Source: Vermamoeba vermiformis (lineage: Eukaryota). From it: DNA of 64,000 nucleotides. This document shows, piece after piece, positions 1-12,014 of this stretch. Both the position numbers and the translations under genes were made by a program. The notes under the pieces are model-generated. The model was not told where the DNA came from. It did not search any database and saw only the letters and a program-made list of their open reading frames with translations. The stretch spans positions 124,001 to 188,000 of the forward strand of contig JBEWZL010000101.1 in assembly GCA_045837725.1 (NCBI GenBank), read 5' to 3'. Positions within the stretch are counted from its first letter, which is position 1, and each line of letters starts with the position of its first letter.

Positions 1-354
1 GATAAAAGGCGCCAAAGTAACAGAGAAGCACTTACAGCAATGAAAAATCAAAAAGTACCTGACACCAAGCCGACGTGGGTCTGTGCGGGCGACTTCTTCG
101 TGCGCATGCCTGCTGGCACTGTCAGAAGTGTAGTTGATAAAGGTAAATACGGCAACGCGAACAGATCCATTGGATGCGCAAGTTTTTAATCGCTCGTTCT
201 AGAACAAGCTAAAATTGAAGAAGAGATTGAAGAGGCTCGCAAACTGATTAAAAACAAGACTACAGAGCTGAAGACTATGGAGGGCAAGTTAAATCAAGTT
301 AGTGGATTTCATCTCAAGGGCATGTCGGTAGACGACCTTAAAATCGCCAAATAA
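1..354 (+). CDS. PDRG1: 3' part of p53 and DNA damage-regulated protein 1 (prefoldin-like), 5' end outside window
   Basis: Spliced translation (intron ~142-202): DKRRQSNREALTAM...WVCAGDFFVRMP...EQAKIEEEIEEARK...GFHLKGMSVDDLK*. This matches the PDRG1 pattern (KRNQNREGLRAL, VCFGNMFIKMP, GFNLNPL). Confidence 0.8.
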
Positions 355-448
355 ATGTATTGTTGCAATATGAATAGGCTTACGTAGATTAATATTAGGT
401 GGATTCGGTTAAAAAAATTAACAAACATTTACTCAAATAAATAACAGC

Positions 449-2788
449 TTATTTCTTAGCTTGAGTAGCACCTTCAGTGCCCTCGCGCTTCTTATCTTCG
501 GAGAACAGATAGTCGTTCATCTTCGTTGACAAGTTCTTGAATTTGTTCAAAAATCCACCGCTCTTTTCCTTCGGTTTCTACAATCGCTATTAGTACCGCG
601 TAATAGTTACTATAGTCATTCAATACATACCTCGGCAGGCTTTTCAGTGGGATGAGGCTCTTCGTGCACTTCAGGGCCGTCTTGTGGGTGCACGTGCTCG
701 TCGTCAGAAGAGTCGTCTTGCTTCTTGTTCTCGGGCTGTGTCTTCAAGCCAGAAACAATGGCAGTGGTCTTGTCTTTGAGCTGTTGAGTCAATGGCGCAA
801 GAGCAGTGCCGACACGATTGAATTGACGGTTGACTTGGCCCATCAAAGTCGCGCCTTGCAAGCCCATGCCAGGGTGGTGAGGAGGATCGTCCTTGACGAG
901 GCTCAAATCGACTTTAGTCTTCCACAATTGGAAGTTGAGTGTGCTCTTCCATTCGTCAATCCACAATGCGTTGTAGTCATTAAGAGGCTCTACAAAGGGT
1001 GTTATTGATACCGCTTATGTTGTATCGTTCGCTACTTACTGGCAGCAAAATCAGTGGCAGCGACAGCAGCCAAGGCAGATTGAATGTATTCGCCAAACTT
1101 GGCGCGGATCCAATCATCTGAACCTTCCCAGCCATTGGTCTTGTTGTTGTTCACCTTCTCGATAATATCTTCAATGAAGGCACGATCGAATGTGGACAAA
1201 GTGAAGGCCTCTGTGATGAGTGCGTTAATAAACTAGTGCAATACATGAATGAAGTGTTGACATACTGCGCAGTTCAGGCTTAGTGCACACAAATGTAGCG
1301 GTCTCAACATCAACGACGACATCGGCCTTGAGCACGTTGTTAGCGCTGGAGAAGAGGGCATTGGAAGTACCAATCAAATAGGACTTTTGTTTTTGCAAGA
1401 AGTCGATTTGAGGCAAGGACTATTGAAAAGTTAATGTACCACTCTTAATAGTAGAGATTATTATACGCACTTGATAAGGACTGAAGTAGCAAGCTTCGAA
1501 GATTTGCAAGGGGAAGGCGTACTTGGCAACAGCAGGCTTTTCAGGCTCGACACTTTCAGTATTGCCTTGGCTCTGAGAGATTGTTAGACCATATGACTCG
1601 ATTGATCAATAGATTACATCGTCGTTGGCGTTATTACGCACCATGTGTCGCAACAATTTAGGGAACAGTGACGCGAGGGCAACAATCGTATTGCATGTCT
1701 CGCCGATGGGGACACCGTAAAATACAACCTTCTTCTCGCTAGAGAAATGGCGAGTTAGCGCGAAGTATAATAAAAATATTAATAGCTTGGCACTTACAGG
1801 CACATGAGTTTCACTAAGTTAATAACACGCTTGCCCCATTTGCGCACGAGTTGATCCAAATTGATGCCCAAGTGAAGGGTCTCGTTGTCCAAAACTTTAG
1901 CGCGGAATCGTTCGTTCAATTGAGTGTAAACAGCCTCTAATATAGCAGTGTCTGAGAATGATTTTTGTCCAAAATAGGCTTGTGTAACGGTATCGAGGAT
2001 ATAGCGGATGGGACCATAAATTGGCTTTGTGGAGATAACGCAAACGGATTTTTGAACGCTGCTTCGAGTAACATCTGTAGTGACCTCTTTCAAGTCCTAT
2101 GAAAATAGTGTGAGTCATTAAAAATGCTGTCAGAAAGTTCTTGCGGATTTTGTGACTCGTGGGAAATCGAATCTTGATTTACAACCGCATCGCATTAATA
2201 ATGCTTACCTTAGTGGCAACCTGTTGGAAGCAAGCAACAGCGTAGTATTTGCCAGTTCTGAAGTAAACGAAGTCTCGTTCCTAATAAAAAGACGGTCACG
2301 ATCGGAAATTGAACGGTGTGAATTAAAATAATTTTAGAGTGCTTACATTACGATGAGCTTGGTCAGGGATAGCCAAATATACAAGTTCAGACCGCAAACT
2401 AAATTCACAAAAATATTAATTTTTCCTGAACCGATCCAGCGCATGAAGCAGTCTTACGATTCAGTCTTAGGGTCATGCATAAATTCGCAGCTAGGGGGGT
2501 AGAACCATTCGATCTGGTTTCCTACATTAACGACAGACGGTTAGAAATTATATTATTTTTCAAAAATACAGAAAACTAAATGGAAGTAACGAGCAACGTC
2601 AACTCTCGCTAAAATATTAATTTGAGCGATATATTTGCGCATTCCGATAATTTTGTAGCTTATTATTGCAATAGAATAGATTGAGCGTTTCACACGGCTG
2701 ATGCGTAAAAGTTTTTGAGTTCGTAATTACCGTTTTCGTGGTGGAAACCAACGACCATAATAGCGATGATGTTATTGTTATCAGCCAT
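449..2788 (-). CDS. AVL9: AVL9/DENN-related late secretory pathway protein, multi-exon
   Basis: Starts MADNNNIIAIMVVGFHHENG-NQIEWFYPP. Later exons contain VTRSSVQKSVCVIS, EKKVVFYG, YLIGTSNALF and WEGSDDWIRAKF, all typical AVL9 motifs. Confidence 0.9.
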
Positions 2789-3393
2789 GGTGTAATGTGT
2801 TAGTGAGTGTTTCAAGTGCGAGATAATGTCAACCTGAAATTTTATTTGCAAAGCACGGTCAAACAATTACCCGACCCGGGTGTTCTTTCGATATTTCGTA
2901 TTTCATGTCTTTACCAAACGCCATGCGTTGTTGAGTGCGATTAATCGGTTTGAACAACGACGTACGACATCCAAGCAACAGTTGGAAAAATAGGAAAATC
3001 TCCTCAGATCTGGATTCCCGTCACGTTGACTTCCATGGCGAGGTTAATTCGAATAACGTGACAAAAATATGCGAAAAATTATGGTATTAATATTCAAAGG
3101 AGACGGAGGGAGTGTCACAGCGCTGCATCCGGTAATCCGCTAAGGACGCCACTTCCTCAGCCATTTTGCTGCGCAATCATGAAATTAACAACCAATTGTT
3201 CGCAAAGCGTCTGTTCTCTAACCTAACGGAGAATCACTAAATGCCTGATACCACGTGCGCGGTTATGGAGCTCCAATAGACCCGAAATCACTTTTTCTCA
3301 ACTTTGCTCTGGAAAACCACTGCTGGAGATTTGAACGAGCTGGAATTAATTAATTTAAGCACGATATAAAGTGCAACTGACAATTGCAGCCAG

Positions 3394-6300
3394 ATGGACC
3401 CGTTATTTGAATCCATCCAAGGTTAGTACGCGATTTTAAATCCAGATAGGAATACAGCGGATGGATATATATCACGAATGATATTTATACCGAATTATGG
3501 CGTAATTCTATTGTCAAATATGTTGGCAAATACCTTTTTTGAAATTTATTCATTTTTGACGCGAATATTACAACACTATCGCTATCGTTTGGATTTATCA
3601 CATTTTGATTGCAAATTATACGTAAAGATAATAAAAAATGATAAAATACAAATATATAAACCGAATTTTATTGAACAGGAAGCCAGGTACGCAATTGGAG
3701 CACAGGTTCGTCTGAATCTGCCCACCATGAAGAGTCTGATTTCAGTATATACGGACAAAATCAGCAATATTATCATAACAATCAAAATAATATTCCATAT
3801 CCAACTGATGCATCGCTCAACAACAACAACACAATGCAACAACAAATGTAAGTAGTCTGAAGTTGTATCCGTTAATAGCCCTTAATAATCATCGATTGCG
3901 CATAGCTATTCATCAATCAATATCTACCACAAGCCTCGCGGCTCTGGTGGGGTATGGCAACAGATCGGGAGTAACGAACCCGTGCGCGTAACGAATAAAG
4001 GCAAACACATGAAACTCGTCATTCGCGCAGCTCTCCATGAAGGGGATAGTACAGATACTGGTCTGGCACAACGGCAATGGGAATGGGATCGAGATCTACA
4101 GCTTAAGCTGCGTGTAGCATCCGGCGAGGTGACCGAAGGATTCTCAATTTCTAAAAAGACAATAGATCAAATGCAAAATGTAAGTACACTACATATATAC
4201 CAAGCTATTTTAAGCTCAGTGCTGAAATAATTCTTGAAGGAACTCGTGATCAGACTCGACATGCTACTTTACAAAGTTTCGAAGCAATTGCAGTTCATCG
4301 CAGAAGTCAATGCCATTACAGGTCGCATAGTTATCTTTTCAGTACCGTTCGCAACGCATGCACATGGACGAGGGTAAGTTCTAGAACCCGAATTTTCAAT
4401 CTTGCGAAATCAGAAACTTTCTATATTTAGCAACAAAAACTTTAATCTAACCTTTGCGATATGCTTTAGGCAAGCACAGTCTCCTGGACCACAACCTATC
4501 CCAGACGACGTGCATTCCTCACCGGATGTGCACAACTCCTCCGAAGTCTCAAGTCCGTCGCAAATTTATACAACTTCAGGTGATGCCACGCCTGAGCCTA
4601 ATCACTTGAATGCCCTGCCCGACAACTTCCCGACATTCACCAACAAGAAGCGTCGGTTAAACCAAGACGACGATGAACAACAAGCTTTTCCGCCGACAGA
4701 AAACATCTATCACATTCAAGGCAACATGCAAGTTGAGGGCTACGTGCGTGCCGTGGGCTTCGTGCAGTTCTCCGATCAACGCCTCAAAACGAACATTCAA
4801 GACCTCGGTGACGCCTTGACCATCGTGCAGGCCCTGAGTGGCAAGCGATACGAATGGAAAGACGGTCTCGTTGAGGGACTGAGAGGCGGTCACAAAGTCA
4901 TCGGTCTGATCGCGCAAGATGTGCAACGCGTGTTGCCCGAAGCTGTGTACAAGACTGAAGAGGGCTACTTGTCCGTGGCCTATGACCAATTGATACCCGT
5001 GCTCGTCAATGCCATCAAAGAACACGTGAAAGAGTACGAAAAGAACAAAGCAGAAACCAACGCGGAGCTGGAAGAACTCAAAGCTAAAGTCGGCAAACTT
5101 CAAGTCGATCAAGAGAAGCAAGGCCTGAATGAAGTCGAAGAGCTGAAGAATAAAGTGGAGAACATGAAAGTGTCCATGAAGAACAACCCTAAGTACGCAT
5201 TCACACCAGAGAGGCGCGAACAAGTCGTCAAGAACTGTTTGCGCGAAGTGATTGGTGAGATTGACAAGTACAGCTTGGTCATTGCCTTGGAGTGGGAGTT
5301 CGATGCCCCCGAGTGCGAGCTATGCATTCAAGGCTCGGTCGATGTCACCACCAAGTTCTTGTTCGGTAAGTAATATTCCTTCATTAATGGCAATCACTGA
5401 CCAAAGCACAGCTCATCGCCAAGAATTAAAGAGTTTAAATCTATTCGGTGTCAAGATCCCGCAAGACTCGGACGATTCTTTCATTGGCAACTTGAAACTT
5501 TCTTTCGGCTACAAATCTCCCGCTGCTAGAGCCACACTAGAAAAGGCACAACCGAACGTCACTCGTAAGTCAACTGATTTATTTGACACGATCTTTCTGA
5601 CGCTAGTGTTCAGTGATTGATTGCCGCAATCGAAAGAATGACTGGAAACGTCCGAGACCAACAGAGCTGTATACGGCTCCAGGCAATACTTATCTGTACA
5701 CCACGTACATTGCCGTGTTCAAAGAGATGCTTTCATTCGTCAAGCCCGAGGCCATCAACGTTCAAATTTTCCAAGCGTAAGTATAATGTCGATATTAGTC
5801 AGAGCGCCAATGAATTAACGTCAATATCAATATAGGCAACGCGAAGTATATCACTCGTCGCAAAAGCAATACATTGTGCGAGGGCCTCAAACATCAACAC
5901 TCGACGAAGACGACACGGAGGACGAAGAAGAAGACGAAGTTGACAGCGGCGATGAAGATGATTTGCACTTCAAAGAGATGGACCACTTGGCCAAGCTCGA
6001 CACCAATCCTCAAAAGATTGCTCGGATGGTCGATGCGCTCAACAGCAATTATCAACACACCAAAGTGTTCGAGTCAGCGAGCTTCACCAACAGCAGCCAA
6101 AAGATTATTCAGACCAACCCGACCACTTTCAACCGATCACCGAACACACACGTGGTTGGAAATGGTAACCAAATTCACCTGAATAACAATCAATATCAAA
6201 ATTACTATCAAGCACCGCATAATTATTCGCAAGTGAATAACGTCGTTGTAGCGCCCATTCATCCACCTCAACAATTACCTCACCAAGCCCCTAACACGGC

Positions 6301-7327
6301 TTATTACGTACAAAACCACGCAGCACCACCGCAAGTGGTTAACAACAGTGGCCCGTACATGCACGGCCAGCCTCAGCCTGTTTATTACTACCCACCTGGA
6401 CCCAATGGCGTGCCTCAAGGCGGCTATTATTACGTCGCACCACAAGTGAACAACATGCCGCAAGGAGGTCACTATGTGCCCATGCAAGCTCGTGCCCCGC
6501 AGTCCCCGTCGCACCAATATCCTGCACCTGTAGTTGTGCCCCCGCAAGTGCAGCAGAACTACATTCCTGCCACACAGCCGTCAGCGCCTCAGCCCTCATC
6601 GGCATCGAACTCACCGAGGCCTTCTCCGAGACCCAACTCCGGCAGCGCCTCCTCAGCATTGGCTCGACGAGTACCAAAGATCACCATTGAAGAGTCAGAA
6701 TACAACAACTTGCCCGAAGAGATGGGCAGCGGAATTCCGGTGAATGATGGCTGGAAGAAGTTTGTGCACAATTTGCCCTTCAAACCACTCATTGGTTACA
6801 GCACATTTTTGGAGAGGATTGGTCCGAATTTGATCAAAGTTTCTAATGTGGTCGTAGCACCACGAGCCAAGCAATACAACGCAGGCCTGTTCGTGGTGAT
6901 TGCATGGAAGGGTGACTTCAGCTTCGACATGTCCCTCAACAGCGTGTTCTCGTCCAGCAGTCTTAGTGCCATCAAGCACAAGAGTTTCTTCAAGAACGCG
7001 CAGGGCGTGCCCGTCGGCAAGTTTATTGCGATCTACATGCTGTCTGAGGGCAATGACTACATGGGCGAGTACGAGTTCACATTCACCAAAGAAGTGCAGA
7101 CCATTGCTAAGTGCATGGTGGGAGGTAAGTAATCGACCGATATGAGCGCGCAAGGAGCTGTACTGACGTACTCTGACGTAGTATTCGACGTTCGTCAATT
7201 CAACCAAGATCTCAACCCCAAGATGCTGCACTTGGAAGAACAGCTCACCACTGTGGATAAGACACCAACGGCGTATTTGACCGTGGACCAGATGTCGATA
7301 GAGTGGCAGAAGAGAGATAAACGTTAA
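3394..7327 (+). CDS. Peptidase S74 (intramolecular chaperone autocleavage) domain protein, MYRF-like architecture, about 9 exons
   Basis: Exons join in frame from MDPLFESIQG. The ICA motif is FSDQRLKTNI...YEWK...IGLIAQDVQRVLPEAV...LSVAYDQLIPVLVNAIKE (~4768-5020), followed by a coiled coil. The C-terminal part has acidic and P/Q/Y-rich stretches and beta-rich segments. Confidence 0.85.
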
Positions 7328-7465
7328 ATCATGTAATATTTCGAACAAGCCGGCTGTAAATTTTGTTGATTTATGTAAAATATAAACATTGCGGTAGAAG
7401 ATCAAACAAAAACGCGATCTGATTTATCAAATGATAATTTATCGATTTTTCATTGCAAAGAACAT

Positions 7466-9206
7466 TTACAAATAAGTGTACTCAAATCGTGTTCTTTTTT
7501 CTAAGTACGGCAACTTCTCACGAATGGTCTCTTCCACTTGATTGTCGAGACTAGTGTCTATTACTTGTAGCGACGTTAACGCAGTGAAGTTCCATGTCGC
7601 TTCGAAGGGCAACTGCTGCGAGACGAAACGCGTCAATTTTTGCATCGCAGTCAAGTCCAACAAACGATGCGCGGCCCTGTCGCCAACATATTCTATCTCC
7701 GACAATGACTTCAGGTTGGTCAGCTGCGTGATGAGTTGCCAATCATAGGCTGTGGTTTGAAACAGGACATCGAGTGACGTCAGTTGCGTGAGGGCGCTTA
7801 AGCCAACGAATTGGTGCACCAATGGGTCATCAGATCTGGATTGAAGCTTCAAGTCCAACAGCTTGGTGAAGTTTGTTAGGCAATGCGGTGAATAACTGCC
7901 AATCTGATTCATCACTAGGCGAGTTAAGTTGTATAATTGGGTCAATTGTAAGCTATCCAGGGGCAACCTTCTATCAATTTGAATCTGCAGATCCAACTCC
8001 TCGAGCAACGTCAGTTCTTTCAGCCAATCAAAGCTCGTGTCGCGAATCATGTTGTTGTAGGTCAAAGACTTCAGATTGGTCAATGCCCTCAAGGCTGTAG
8101 CATTGGCAGCTTCATCCACGTGCAAACATAGTGCTTGCAGCGTCGTCAACGAGCCAATCAATTTGAGGCACTTATTCGCTTTGTCATCCAATCCGATGCG
8201 CAAGTCTCGTAGTCGTGGTATTAACAGCAATTCTTCTACTAGTTCCGGTGTTGTATTGAAGCCTGAGAGCCTGCAGACCTCCAAGTTTTGAAAAAGATGA
8301 AGAGCCAGGTAGCCAAATGAGGGCATTTCCAAGTGCTTCAACTTCGTCAAGTGTAATATGGCAGCTGTGTTTTCAGGCGTGTTAGACATATTAAGACGAG
8401 TTAATGTCGTGGGCAATGGCTTGGTAAAGTTGACATCGCTCAAGGTCAGCGACTCCAACACTGTAAAAGGTAAGTCCTGGTTTGAGACATAACCGCCGAG
8501 TAAAGTGAAGTGCTTGATATTCTGCAAGTGCTTGAAGAAGCGTAAGTCAGCCATGTAAATAGCTAGCTCTTGAAGGTTAGGTAAGTTTACAGGAAAAACC
8601 GGATCTGAAATGGAGTTTCTGCAACTGGAGGCCTTCAGCTTACGAAGCTTTGTCAGCAAGTTGAGTGTCTCGTAGTGAACATAAACGACATCGAGCGATT
8701 CTAAATTCGTTAATGACAGGAGAAAGTGGTCTGCCGGATGTTGAGCAGGTCGACTATCCCAGAGCAAATGACGACCAAAGTGCCCGACAAGTGATGTCAA
8801 TTGCGTCAATTTGGATAAATGTTGCAGATCTTCGTGGCCATAGGAATAATTCTCGGCTTTTAAGATGCGCAGGCCAAAGAGGCTGCTGGATGCAGCAAAT
8901 GTCGAAACGAAATCGCCAATTTCTGAGGATAGCAGCGGGCTAAATGAAAATGTTGTATAGTTCAACATTTTAAGCCACTTTTTGGAAACAACGCGAAGAC
9001 GTCGCCGAGAATCATCATCAACAATGAAAGAAGCAATTGTTTCCAAAAGTTCTGAGGGAAGATCCTTTTTTTAAATATTAGTAATATTATTAAATTATCG
9101 CTATTAGCCAAGATCGTACCACGGCAATTTCTATTTGGGTATTTATTTTAATTTTCTTTTTTTCGGGCTCATCTGCTGTGTCTTTGTTCTCTAACTGCCT
9201 TTTCAT
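7466..9206 (-). CDS. F-box-like plus leucine-rich repeat protein
   Basis: Exon 1 MKRQLENKDTADEPEKKKIK splices (intron ~9065-9119) to DLPSELLETIASFIVDDDSRRRLRVVSKKW (F-box-like). Many LxxLTxLxxLxL repeats follow. Confidence 0.8.
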
Positions 9207-9551
9207 TAATTGGCCGGTTGCGTTGACGGTGTTACGCCGAAAAGTCCGTCAGACGGAGTTGTGGTTGATTGCGGCAATCAATTCGTTGCTAATGTTCCTA
9301 AAAGGGACTGGAAATGGACCAATAACATTCGTAAAGCTTTACGGACGACCTCATTTAAATCGATGATGAACTGCGAACCTGTTATAAGCTACCTCTCCGT
9401 GGAAAGTCTTGCAGTATGATTACTCAAATTGGAGAAATTTTCTCCCGCGCAACGGCTAATTGAGAATTTAAATTTTTGCCGCCTTCGAGGTGTTAGTTCA
9501 TCATTTTTTTGTAACATAACAAGTCGATTATTGTATATTAAAATTGTACAA

Positions 9552-10583
9552 ATGGACGAACGAGTTGTTTTGAACGTTGGAGGAAACAGATTTGAAGTCA
9601 GCATCCAAACCCTCCAAAAGTTACCTGACTCGCTTTTGGGCAAATTATTTGATCCCGAAAATCCTCAAGACACTGTTAAACCTGATAAGAACGGAGAATA
9701 CTTCTTTGATAGGTAGGTTTGGAACACTTATGATAATTAATGGGATTTGGTTAATAATTTTTTCTACAGGAACGGCCGCATTTTTGAACTTATTTTGGAT
9801 ATCTACAGAACAGGTATCGTCGAAGACACGAGAAAATATGTTTATAATTCAATATCTAACTATATTTATTGAATAGGAAAACTCTGCATCCCTGCTGAGC
9901 TGTCAGAGGCACTTGTTAAGAAAGAACTGGCATATTTCCAAATAGAACTCGATCCCGAAGACATTGAGGTAAGCTTTAATTGGCATAGAAACGCATCTGG
10001 GCCAATCTAACAACTGAATTCATTCTAATAGTACGCTGGCCGCGCACCGAGCCGCAATGACGTGCACGATGAAGAAGAGGAGCCCGAGGAAGAAGACGAT
10101 GAGGACATATTTTACAACTTGCCCAAGGAAAAGCGCCTCGGATTTGCAGTTAGTTTAATCCACAAGAATGATAGACAGAAGACCATCAAGGGTGTCTCCT
10201 TTTTACTCGGTATGTATTGTTACACTCCTGTCTATTTATACGTAATTAAGCGAGATCTAACCTCGTACACAGAGATCCTTGAAGAGATCGAACAGGCTAC
10301 TGCCGAACAGCAACAACCTTCAGCAGAGATGTCCTCATTGCGCATCGACTGCTTATATCAATTGGCATTCGGCTACTATCGATTGGGCAACAACACGACT
10401 GCTAAGAAGTATTTGAGCAAATTGTTGGAAGTGAAGCCTGGATCTACCAAAGCCAAGGCTCTGGTTACTCTAATTAACGATACTAGCAGTAGCTTTGCCA
10501 AGACTGGATTTTTGTTCGCTACTGCCGTCGTTATTGCTGCATTTATTGGCTACAGATATTACCGAACAACCAAGTCTCAGTAG
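9552..10583 (+). CDS. KCTD-type BTB/POZ domain fused to Fis1-like TPR domain with C-terminal tail anchor
   Basis: Five exons join in frame: VVLNVGGNRFEVSIQTL...EYFFDRNGRIFELILDIYRTG (BTB/T1); acidic linker; LGFAVSLIHKNDRQKTIKGVSFL and RIDCLYQLAFGYYRLGNNTTAKKYLSKLLEVKPGSTKAKAL (Fis1 TPRs); TM helix plus basic tail. Confidence 0.8.
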
Positions 10584-11022
10584 ATCTGACGCTGCAACTC
10601 GATTATTTTTGTAAATTTAAAGGATTAATTAATTAATTTTAGTTAATGCAATATTTAATAATATATCTACGAAATAAAAAGCCTTAAATATCGATTTGCG
10701 GGCAGATTGAGTTTCGTCCGGTGGATGTCAGCATCATGCTAACGGAAACCAAGCTTGATACTCGTTATATTCCGAGATTAGCATGAGATCAATTGGCAAG
10801 CGATATGAAATTCGAAAAAACGGCAGTAACTTAGCTCCGACTCCCTCGGGAGTTGCGTAACAAAGTTGATACGCGGACAAAAATAGACAACAGGCTTAAA
10901 ATCAGATTGCCGGTTCAAAATCAGCATTCTGAAATTATTTAAAGTAAGAGAAAGTTTTTTTTTTTTATTTAAGCTCAACAAGTAAAGCTTAGCACTCATA
11001 TAATATCGCCGACTGAAACAAC

Positions 11023-11682
11023 ATGGGTAATTCAATTGCTACTACTATGGTCGAAAAGCAGAAGGAGGTCCAACAAGAGATGGTAAAAATTCAATGGGCC
11101 AACATGCTTCGCGGAGCTGAAAGACAACGTCGCATGATGTTATCTACTCAGATTGCAGTAATGAGGTATGATTTAATTGTTGTTTTCGGTGTGGCGCCAC
11201 ATCCGCACGTTCATTAAAATTAAAAAATTTCAAAAATATAGAGAACAATTCTGGTGGTATGCCTCGTTCGTAGGAACTGTTGCTGTGATGGCCACTGGTG
11301 CATATGTTAAGAAAGTAAGTCCTAAAATGAATTTCTAAGCGAGATCTAACTTACTCGTTCAGCGCACACCTGCTGGATTCATTCCACTCGTCCCTCTCAG
11401 CTTCATTTTAGGTATGCTTCTTAGATATATTGATTTGTGGCAATATATTAATATAATCATCCCTTTAACAGCCTACCAATATGACTTCGCTTACGGCACG
11501 AAGCCTGAAAGGTAAATCTGACTTCAGGACCGCAATTAAGCATTGCTAACAATAAATTTTATAGAATCAATCGCATATGGGAGAATATGCTGACTAAAGA
11601 GCCTCATTGGTTCGCTCCTTTGACTCCCACTGAAGGTCAATTCGATCATTTACTTGATCTCGACAAAAAAGCCAAGAAATAA
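11023..11682 (+). CDS. PLGRKT: Plasminogen receptor (KT)-like small membrane protein
   Basis: Spliced: ERQRRMMLSTQIAVMREQFWWY...FIPLVPLSFILAYQYDFAYGTKPERI, the characteristic PLGRKT/C9orf46 family motif. Confidence 0.8.
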
Positions 11683-12014
11683 TTCAAAAATACTATTGTG
11701 CATACAAAACACTATAAATAGACGTTGTATAATATTTAAATAAATAACTCTTGTTATCATATTGAGATGCAGAGATCGCGTACTCACTTGCTCCAAGATC
11801 CGAGTTGCCGTTATAAATTAATATTTTAATATTAGTATAGTACGAAGTAATATCAATATTATATGATTTGGCAGTTGTGGTGTTCAACAGATGGATCAAC
11901 TATTTTTGTTATTGTTCGAGCTCCAACAGCACAAGAGAGCGAGTGTGATAAATTGTATTAATTGTTCATATTCACCGTGTACAGTATTGTTATTGATATT
12001 AATACCACACAATA

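Noticed and set aside
3478-3855. 125-aa ORF and its antisense partner
   Set aside because: It spans intron 1 and an off-frame reading of exon 2 of the S74 gene.
4402-5373. S74 domain as evidence of a prophage or endogenous virus
   Set aside because: It lies within a multi-intron gene flanked by housekeeping genes, with no capsid, integrase or other viral genes nearby.
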